Shown: positions 53,339 to 61,610 of the stretch, piece after piece | Layout of the letters: every line of letters starts with the position of its first letter | Position numbering within the stretch: the first letter of the stretch is position 1 | Source of the DNA: Sedimentisphaerales bacterium | GTDB taxonomy: Bacteria; Planctomycetota; Phycisphaerae; Sedimentisphaerales; SM23-30 | Reading direction: 5' to 3' | NCBI GenBank assembly: GCA_963663965.2 | Contig: CAXXFK010000011.1 | Location: 199,667-263,666 of the forward strand | DNA length: 64,000 nucleotides | Program-made: the position numbers and the translations under genes | Notes under the pieces: generated by a model | The model's input: the letters and a program-made list of their open reading frames with translations, nothing else | Told to the model about the DNA's origin: nothing | The model's database searches: none

Positions 53339-55528
53339 TTATTCCAGACAACTGGGATACAGACCACAGTTGAGCCACTCGGAAATTAACGCCGATAAAT
53401 CGGCCAGGTCAACATCGCAGTCATTGTCCAGATCATAAACAGGTTTGGCAAGACACAAATCGCCACCCATCAAACCAGTGTATTCAGCGGCCACATCGAC
53501 AGCCGCCAACGCATAATTATGAACCTTTACCTCATCCAGTGCGCCAATATAAAACTCCGCGGTCGCGTTGGTGGTATTGGTTTTACCAATCAGGAAGTTC
53601 TCATTGGTCTGAACCGCGTGCGGAGCCGGATTATCCGTAGAAGCTTCTAAACCATCGATATAGATTTTGCGAATGTCACCATCGTAGGTTACCACGACCT
53701 GATGCCAGTTGTCGTCTCTCAGGTTAATATGACGTGTGGCGCTGACATCCGCGTCCCACCAGTAATTACGCAACCAGGTGAGATTGTTGTTCAGCGTCAG
53801 CGCGTTGCATGCGTTGCGCGTGCCATAATTACCCCAACCGAGCAAACCGCGATCGCCATTCACGGTGGCGGTCTTGAACCATACGGTCATACTGAATGGA
53901 TAATCGCCTGCCGGAATGTCATTCATGGTGCCATCCGCTTTCATCGTACCCAGAGCGAATCCCCCGTCAAATACCAGGGCCCCGTCGGCCGTACCATCGA
54001 CGCCAACCGCGTAATCAAATGTGGCAGGCGCCGTATAGGTTGGTTCAAGATGATTATTAGAGCCCGACGCGTCAGCCCAGGCCAGATTAGGATCAGAACC
54101 CGTATATTGATCGAGCGGCCAGTATCCAACCAGCCGTTTGATTAATAACTCCGCGGATCGCGTAGTGATCGTACCAACGGAATTGGTCACTTCACAATAA
54201 TAAGTATTCTGATTGGCTAACTGAGCGTTGACGACCACCAGGGTGTCGGTCTGCGTACCGCTGATCGTCTCGCTGTCTGCCAGCGGACCACTGGCGTCAA
54301 ACCATTGATACTCCGCGGGAGTTACGGAGGCGGCGTCAAAGGTGAACGTCGCGCTCTCGCCGGCAAATACATGCTGATCGGATGGCTCACGGACAATAGT
54401 TGGTAACGTTTTGTTCGTTTCGAACATCCAGATCACACCCGGGATATCGTTGGGTTCGGTCGTTTCTGTAACCGACCAGTAATAAATGGAATCTGAATCC
54501 ATGGAGCCTGCCGTCATGCTGGTATCGGTTGTGTCGCCCAGATAAGCGGTCGAAGCCCCGGCAATTACATCATCCAACACTTTGCTGCAATAAACGTTGT
54601 ATCCGGTCGGATTGATTCCCGTACCCGCGTCCCAACTCAATGTCACACCGGATTCACTGGCTATATCCACCGCCCCATCCGCCGGAGTGGGATGCTGCGC
54701 GCGCTCGGCGTAATTATAAAACCGCACCGCGTCCGCATAAGTCGTAGCGACACAGACTTCATCGAACTGGGCCGCTCGTCCCGCTGGATCCACCCAAACG
54801 GCCATTGAGATGCCATCGAAATCCAGATAACCCGGATTCACCAGATCGGGAGATTTTTCCGGCTCGGTATCCAGCGCCGGATTGCGGTGAACGGTAACCT
54901 GGTCCGTCTCCTGACCAAAATCGATCCGAATCACAAACAGTTCGGTATCGGTGCTCGCGGTACCCAGCCAGTTTAAGTGGCGTCCGATGTTGGATGCATC
55001 CTGATTTCGATCCCGAAAAGCGCACACCTGTAAATTGTTACCGCCGATATCATTGCCCACATAAAGAATGGCTCCTCCATCGCCCAGATCATCCCGTTTC
55101 AATTCAAACGCGTAAAAAGGCGAAGTGTAATTCGTTTTCATCAGAAAGCTGATATAGAGTGTCTGACCGGCCTTGCCAATATTGCCATTGTTATTAACGT
55201 AATCGGCAAAAGGCCCATTTGGATCCGTATTGAGAAAACGACCGGCGCGCGAACCATCCCAGGTTGGAATGATCACTTGCATCGAACCGCTGGAATTCTG
55301 ATAAGCCGAATCCGCGCCCGGCCAGATCAGACTGGCTGATTCAACCGTACATTGAGTCGGAGTACCACCCCCGGTCATCCAGGCGCCGCTGAATCCCAGT
55401 GTGGGCGGCGCCTGCCCGATAATGACTCCGGTATCATAACCAAAGCTGTCATACGCGTATACGTCAGATAGCGCCATAGTCCCTAGGCACAAAACCAATG
55501 TCAAGCTAATGAACAGTACAGTTTTCAT
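53339..55528 (-). CDS. Secreted Ig-like/LamG jelly-roll protein with a C-terminal dockerin-like module
   Basis: Signal peptide; YYCEVTNSVG Ig; WHQVVVTYDG..IYIDG..GALDEV LamG; YDLDNDCDVDLADL..EWL. Confidence 0.8.
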   Translation of the reverse strand: MKTVLFISLTLVLCLGTMALSDVYAYDSFGYDTGVIIGQAPPTLGFSGAWMTGGGTPTQCTVESASLIWPGADSAYQNSSGSMQVIIPTWDGSRAGRFLNTDPNGPFADYVNNNGNIGKAGQTLYISFLMKTNYTSPFYAFELKRDDLGDGGAILYVGNDIGGNNLQVCAFRDRNQDASNIGRHLNWLGTASTDTELFVIRIDFGQETDQVTVHRNPALDTEPEKSPDLVNPGYLDFDGISMAVWVDPAGRAAQFDEVCVATTYADAVRFYNYAERAQHPTPADGAVDIASESGVTLSWDAGTGINPTGYNVYCSKVLDDVIAGASTAYLGDTTDTSMTAGSMDSDSIYYWSVTETTEPNDIPGVIWMFETNKTLPTIVREPSDQHVFAGESATFTFDAASVTPAEYQWFDASGPLADSETISGTQTDTLVVVNAQLANQNTYYCEVTNSVGTITTRSAELLIKRLVGYWPLDQYTGSDPNLAWADASGSNNHLEPTYTAPATFDYAVGVDGTADGALVFDGGFALGTMKADGTMNDIPAGDYPFSMTVWFKTATVNGDRGLLGWGNYGTRNACNALTLNNNLTWLRNYWWDADVSATRHINLRDDNWHQVVVTYDGDIRKIYIDGLEASTDNPAPHAVQTNENFLIGKTNTTNATAEFYIGALDEVKVHNYALAAVDVAAEYTGLMGGDLCLAKPVYDLDNDCDVDLADLSALISEWLNCGLYPSCLE

Positions 55529-55955
55529 ATTATTTCTCCATAAAAAAATCCTTTGAGCTTCTTTCGCCGCGACTTCGCATCGACGAAAGATCCGTCAATT
55601 AGTTATAATTAACGACTCATATTTGTTTTGCCTGAATCCTTTGAATTAGTTGTTACTTATACGGCTTACTATTTCTACCACTAACGTTTGAAAAGACCCG
55701 CTTGACTGCAAGTAGAGACGCAATGCTTCGCGTCTTTATTCGTGCGAGCGATCGGATATTTCCATGCCCGATGGGTATAAAGATTGATTCGCTCACCTGG
55801 CGAATCGGATAACACACAATCCTTCCTTGCTATTATGTCGGCTGATCTACACGCCTCTTGCAGTAATCACAATAGACAGTTCACTGGGACTATTCCATAA
55901 CATCACGCTCCTTTCAAACTCCTGCCCCCTCCGTTTCGTCAAATCGAAACCTGAA

Positions 55956-56765
55956 TTATCGTCCGGTTAACGCAAAGCCTGTTCGCCCCCAGATCGCCTT
56001 CACCAGGTTATAGATATCTCGATTGCCATATTGCACTTCCCGCCAGTAGCTGGCGTCATCCGGATTCGGCAGTGCCGCCGCTTTCGTGCCAAACTCTCTC
56101 GTCCGTGGATCTTCCCATAGCCAGGCCTCACTGTGCCCGTCTCCAAATGATAACACCGTCCCCAGACCATGCCGGATCGGCACCGGATCCCACCATCGCT
56201 GCTGCGAATAAAAAATACTGAAGGTGGTTGGCGTGGCAAAGCCCTCATCGATCAATACCATCCGCTCACTGGCCCGCTTCAATTGCGAACGCCGGGTAAT
56301 CACCCAGGATGGATTGGCCCCGGCCGTACCGAATACCCCACTGGCCACCTTCCTGCCATTATCCAGCAACCAGCAGTAACTGTCCGGAAACGAATAGGTC
56401 CGCGCTTCACCCGGCTTGCCGGTCGGGCAGCGATATATATCCAGATTCTGACCGGCATATTTCCACAACGCCCCCCGCCGGATCGCTTCCTCCTGATCCT
56501 CCTGGTTCAGATAATTATCCAGTCCCGTATGATCGACCCACGACCATGAACCCACCGTATGCCCTGAACAGATGTTGTCATCATGATCATCTGCGTACAT
56601 GATCCATACCATCGTCAAACTGCGCACATTATTCAAACAGACCGCCCGTTTCCCCATTTCCCGCGCTTTATTCAAGGCCGGCATCAAAATAGCAACCAGC
56701 AAAGCGATAATTGAAATAACAACCAGCAGTTCAATCAGAGTAAAACCCTTGTATTTCAAACGCAT
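55956..56765 (-). CDS. Prepilin-type N-terminal cleavage/methylation protein (DUF1559/H-X9-DG type)
   Basis: KGFTLIELLVVISIIALLVAILMPAL..ARE, RHGLGTVLSFGDGH; GAGGAGG RBS. Confidence 0.9.
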   Translation of the reverse strand: MRLKYKGFTLIELLVVISIIALLVAILMPALNKAREMGKRAVCLNNVRSLTMVWIMYADDHDDNICSGHTVGSWSWVDHTGLDNYLNQEDQEEAIRRGALWKYAGQNLDIYRCPTGKPGEARTYSFPDSYCWLLDNGRKVASGVFGTAGANPSWVITRRSQLKRASERMVLIDEGFATPTTFSIFYSQQRWWDPVPIRHGLGTVLSFGDGHSEAWLWEDPRTREFGTKAAALPNPDDASYWREVQYGNRDIYNLVKAIWGRTGFALTGR

Positions 56766-57348
56766 CAAACGGGGCCTCCTCGCAAAAAACTGATAAAGAC
56801 ACCTATTTTGGGCAACAATATTGATAACATTGACATCAAATCACCATTTAACATAACATTTGAATTGCTTTATATGTTTTCATATAGTTTACATCACTAT
56901 TCCCATTTAGTCAAATAATATTTTTCATTATACCACCAATTAATCGACCAACCCAATGCCCATCACACCACTTACGCCGTTTGCTTAAAACGCATTATGT
57001 ATTACAATTACAATAGTTTACAATATTTAAACCCACATAAGTGCCAAACAAAAACCAGCCAAACAATCTTAATTCTTGATTAAAATAAACATTTACCCAG
57101 CAATTTAATTTGCCTATCGCCCAACAATATGTTAATATATATGTAAATATTAAACATTGCATTCTCTAATTACTATCCAGCCCGCATAGCATAGGCAAAG
57201 TGTCCATAAGACCAACGAAATTAATAAGTTATAATAGAATCTTTTGCCGGCGTTTCGTTAGGTTTAAATTGCCGGCCAGTTGCCAGGGCAGTATTTTTTA
57301 TAGTTGCCAATTGTATCTTTATGTAAAAAATGTCGAAATAAGTACTAT

Positions 57349-58302
57349 ATGCCAAAAAAACTTTCAACCATAGTAGGTATCGGAGAAGTTCTCTGGGATA
57401 TCTTTGCTGATCAGAAACGATTAGGCGGCGCGCCTGCCAATTTCACTTTCCATTGCCGCCAACTCGGCGGCAACGCCTGCCTGGCCAGCCAAACCGGAAA
57501 CGACCCCCTTGGACACGAGCTACACCAGATCTTAAACAGTAAAGGGATTAACCGGGATTTCATCCCAACCCATCCATCTTTACCCACCGGCACTGTCCAT
57601 GTTCATGTTTCAGAATCTGGCAGCCCCGAATATACCATTGAACCAAATGTCGCCTGGGATTTTCTGCCCTGGTCCTCTCAACTCCAGACCCTGGCCGGCC
57701 ACACCGATGCGGTTTGTTTTGGCTCCCTCGCTCAGCGTAATGCATGCAGTCGCGAAACGATCAGAAACTTTCTCAGTCATACCCCCTCACACTGCCTGAA
57801 AATTTTCGATATCAATCTGCGCCTCCCGTTCCCATCCATGGACATCATTTTAGCGTCATTGGAAATGGCAACCCTTTTCAAGCTAAACGACGAAGAATTA
57901 GCTTACCTGGCCCCCAAACTGAATCTCCACGGTAACCAGACCGAGCTATTGACACAGCTCAAACAAACGTTTAATCTGGATGGCGTCGCCTTAACTCGAG
58001 GCGCCCATGGCAGTATCCTGCTTTATCATGATGCGCTATCGGTCTGCCCGGGAATACCCGCTTCGATTACGGATACCGTCGGTGCCGGCGACGCGTTTAC
58101 CGCGGCCCTGTGCATCGGGATTTTAAAATGCCTCCCGGTTGACACAATCAACGAACTGGCCTGCCGCGTAGGTTCCTATATTTGTACTCAGAGCGGAGCC
58201 ATGGCCCGGCTACCCGATGACCTGATCGCCGGCTTCCATCCGGAACCACAACGTTTGAATACTCATACCAATCCCAATGTGTCTACAATGACACCAAAGT
58301 AA
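57349..58302 (+). CDS. PfkB-family carbohydrate kinase (probable fructokinase)
   Basis: GIGEVLWD, GGAPANF, FDINLR, DTVGAGDAF; located in the GH32 locus. Confidence 0.9.
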   Translation: MPKKLSTIVGIGEVLWDIFADQKRLGGAPANFTFHCRQLGGNACLASQTGNDPLGHELHQILNSKGINRDFIPTHPSLPTGTVHVHVSESGSPEYTIEPNVAWDFLPWSSQLQTLAGHTDAVCFGSLAQRNACSRETIRNFLSHTPSHCLKIFDINLRLPFPSMDIILASLEMATLFKLNDEELAYLAPKLNLHGNQTELLTQLKQTFNLDGVALTRGAHGSILLYHDALSVCPGIPASITDTVGAGDAFTAALCIGILKCLPVDTINELACRVGSYICTQSGAMARLPDDLIAGFHPEPQRLNTHTNPNVSTMTPK

Positions 58303-58341
58303 GATTCCTGTTTATGAAACACAATATGAATCGATGATCTA

Positions 58342-59464
58342 ATGACAACCGAAACCCATAAAGACATAGCGAAATATCGACAGATATACACCAGCGTTCA
58401 CGAGGACATCACCAACGGTCGCTACCATTTCGGCCAGCAGCTCCCCACCGATATGGAACTGGCCGAGCAATTCTCCGCCTCCCGCCCCACCGTTGCCAAG
58501 GCACTCGGCGCCCTCCAGAAACAGGGGCTGGTCGAACGGCGTATCGGTTCCGGTACCTATGTCCGCTACGGCCGCAAAGATCGCCAGCTCCTCAATCTGG
58601 CGCTGCTCATTCCCGGCCTGGGCGAAACCGAAATTTTCGAGTCCATCTGCGGCCACATGGCCCATCTCGCCGAAGAAAAACAGTTCAACCTGGTCTGGAG
58701 CGGCTCCATGGCCGATGATGCCGAAGCCCGCCGGCGCCACATTGAACAACTGGCCGCGCGCTACGTCCAGCAGAAAGTCGACGGCGTCTTCTTCGCCCCG
58801 CTCGAACTCACCTCCGAAAAAGACACTGTCAACGAACATATCGTCTCCCTGTTTGAAAATGCCAGCATCCCCGTCATCCTCATGGACCGCGACATCGCCG
58901 CTTTTCCCAACCGCAGCCCATACGACCTCGTCGGCGTCGACAATTTCCGTATCGGATACCTCATGACCCAACACCTGATTTCTCAGGGCTGCCGGCACAT
59001 CACCTTTGTCGCCCGTCCCTTCTCAGCCCCGACTGTCGACATGAGAATCTGCGGCTACAAGGAAGCGGTTAATCGCATGACCTCAACGACAGATTTCGAT
59101 AATGCCATCGATGTCCACATCGGCAACGTGGATGACACAGCCGGTATCGAAGCCCTCCTCAAGCGCACCCGCCGACTAGGTATCGTTTGCGCCAACGACA
59201 CCCACCGCCGCCCGCCTCATGCAAACCCTCAACCACCTCGGCTGTTCCATCCCCGGCGACGTCGCCGTCGTCGGTATCGACGATGTTAACTACGCCAAAT
59301 ACCTCCAGCCCGCCCTTACCACCTACCGCCAGCCCTGCCAGGCCATCGCCAAAACCGCCATCAACCTCATGCTCTCCCGCATCGACGACAACCAACTCCC
59401 CGAACGCACTGTCTACCTTGATGGTAATCTCATCATCCGAAAATCCTGCGGCGCCACCGGCTGA
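58342..59464 (+). pseudogene. GntR-HTH/LacI-type sugar-binding regulator (AraR-like) with a +1 frameshift (real or assembly error)
   Basis: Removing one C from CCC at 59201-59203 gives CANDTTAARLMQTL..IPGDVAVVGIDD..PALTT, a 373-aa protein. Confidence 0.85.
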
Positions 59465-59617
59465 CACCTTTACCCGATATCTACCAAGCCCTTTACCACT
59501 ATCCATGTAAATAGGGACAGAAACGAATGGCGGTAGCTTAAGCGGCATGGGCATTCCTCCATTGTTCTCTGGTTCCTTTTAAGCTGGGATACGATTTGGA
59601 TTCATGCGTCATAGCTC

Positions 59618-59659
59618 GTGGTTCACCCTCAAGCGTAACGCAGTGTAGCTTGTGGGTGC
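59618..59659 (+). repeat. REP-like palindrome
   Basis: GTGG foot followed by CACCCTCAAGC...GCTTGTGGGTG; lies just upstream of the RAYT-like remnant. Confidence 0.55.
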
Positions 59660-59727
59660 AATAACGCTGCGATCGAAACAGGCGGACAATGGAAGATTGG
59701 CTATGACACGAAACAAGAAACAGACTT

Positions 59728-59868
59728 ATGGAGACGAATAACGGCTATCGTAAGAAACGGCATGCGTTCAATACACCGGGCCATTCGCGTGAGCAGACTT
59801 TCAGTCGCGTGGGCAATTCGTGGCGGCCAATCTGTGATTTGCCCATGTTGTTTATGGATGGACCATGA
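59728..59868 (+). pseudogene. Possible internally deleted remnant of a REP-associated tyrosine transposase (RAYT)
   Basis: 46-aa ORF METNNGYRKKRHAFNTPGHSREQTFS.. resembles the RAYT N-terminus (R...PGH.HELTFSC); no HUH or catalytic Tyr remains. Confidence 0.4.
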
Positions 59869-59928
59869 GAAAGATACATGAGGCTGCCCGACTGTCTATA
59901 ACCACAAGAGTTTCATTGACATTAGAGA

Positions 59929-60112
59929 GGCCCGACGGGCCGGGAGTTTTTAGCCGTGGCCGTGAGGCCTCGGAAAAGGATGACGAGGAAAACAGAGCCC
60001 TGAAGGGGCGAAAGAAGTTTGTTAAAGAGGAACGATTTGATTAAAATATTCTGTTGGCCCTTCGGACCTTACGAATACCATGACCCTGCATTCCGGAGCC
60101 TGACCCTGCCGG
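59929..60112. repeat. Degenerate composite palindromic repeat (GCCC-GAAG-GGC hairpins)
   Basis: GGCCCGACGGGCC..TTAGCC..GCCCTGAAGGGGCG..GGCCCTTCGGACC; related fragment at 21551-21592. Confidence 0.5.
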
Positions 60113-60261
60113 CCAGTTCACCGCCGGCCCCACCCGGAACCACCTACCGCCTGACCGCCATCACCCGCAGCGGCTACCGGCTGTTCCCGGAAAAACCCCG
60201 GCGACCAGCTTTTATGAATCACGGTGAATACTAGTTTAAAGACATTACCCCAAAGATCTCC

Positions 60262-60409
60262 TCCCATATTTCCCATAAATCCCATTATTCCCATCATTCC
60301 CATCATTCCCATCATTCCCAACCCAATTCCACCGCCATATTCACCATAACAACATACATTTCAGTACCTTATACCCACATACGTCCCATCGGTCCCATTT
60401 GTCCCATAT
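60262..60409. repeat. 9-mer tandem repeats
   Basis: TCCCATnnn x7 (60262-60324) and GTCCCATnn x3 (60383-60409). Confidence 0.85.
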
Positions 60410-60469
60410 TTAATCATAACGCAACTTAAATATATTTGTGTTTTTATTACACAATACTATATATTTTAT

Positions 60470-60498
60470 TTGACTATATCGCAACACCAGTCTATAAT
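60470..60498 (+). promoter_or_regulatory. Sigma70 promoter of module copy B
   Basis: TTGACT-17 bp-TATAAT followed by the conserved AGTCGCCC.AATAGCCC. Confidence 0.75.
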
Positions 60499-60503
60499 CC
60501 CAC

Positions 60504-61600
60504 AGTCGCCCCAATAGCCCCAAACCACCCGCCAACCCCCGGCGTGCCCCGCACCCACCCGGCCACGCCCACAGAGCCCTCCTGCGCATTTTTTGGGGTA
60601 GGCTGTGTGCCGGGTGCCACCCTTCAAGCGCAGCTTGTGGGTGGATTCTTCGCCTTGTGAATTCCAATATGAAATCTGGTATCCAACCAGCCAACTTGTC
60701 GTGGCTGTTTTAACAATACGAATAAAATGGAAATCAACTAACTAAAACAACCTGACATGCTGATTGTAAAAGGCCCGAAGGGCCGACGCCGGGGTCGTAA
60801 GGCCCCGGTCAGCGATAGAAGTTTAATTTTTTTAAACCCGCGCCTCTCCGAGGCGTACCGACAGGATTTCGCACCGGAGGCGAAAATTAAAACTAACCAT
60901 GAGCGCAGCGAATACCAACACAAAACGAAACAAACCCAACATGAAAAAATATCGCCCTAACCTCAACCAAGAATTGAGCTTAACAAAAAATAAAAAAATC
61001 ATCCGCCTCAAAGCGGATACAAATAATATCTCGGAGAGATCAAAAGCGCATAGCCCGCCAATTCATTGGCGGGAACACCCGAACCAGCGTAGAAAATTTT
61101 TAAACCCACGCCTCGCAGAGGCGTACCTGCAGGATTTCGCACCGGAGGCGAAAGATAAAACGAACCATGAGCGCAGCGAATACCAACATAAAACGAAACA
61201 AACCCAACATGAAAAAATATCGCCCTAACCTCAACCAAGAATTGAGCTTAACAAAAAATAAAAAACTCATCCGCCTCAAGGCGGATACAAATAATATCTC
61301 GGAGAGATCAAAAGCGCATAGCCCGCCAATTCATTGGCGGGAATACCCGAACCAGCGTAGAAACTTTTAAACCCACGCCTCGCAGAGGCGTACCGACAGG
61401 ATTTCGCACCGGAGGCGAAAGATAAAACCACCATGAGCGCAGCGAATACCAACACAAAACGAAACGAAGCCAATGATGAAAATAATGGCCCTAACCCCAA
61501 CAACGAAACGAGCTTAACAAAAAATAAAAAAATCATCCGCCTTGGGGCGGATACCACAATTTTGCATTTTAAATTCTAAATTTTAAATTTCTAAACAGGA
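60504..61600 (+). ncRNA. Putative structured leader/ncRNA of module copy B
   Basis: 5' domain homologous to copy A, followed by the tandem array. Confidence 0.5.
60831..61554 (+). repeat. Tandem array of ~268-bp units (2.7 copies)
   Basis: Units start TTTAAACCC at 60831, 61099 and 61366 (periods 268 and 267). Confidence 0.95.
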
Positions 61601-61610
61601 GGTACCAACC

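Noticed and set aside
55847..55903. 18-aa minus-strand ORF (MLWNSPSELSIVITARGV) with a GAAAGGAG RBS
   Set aside because: Too short to support without conservation or ribosome-profiling data
60831..61554. CRISPR array
   Set aside because: Units are ~268 bp and near-identical throughout, with no unique spacers and no cas genes in the window
60757..61557. Short ORFs inside the arrays (also 29991..30455)
   Set aside because: Unit lengths of 268 and 293 break frame, the ORFs are not conserved between copies, and no RBS is evident
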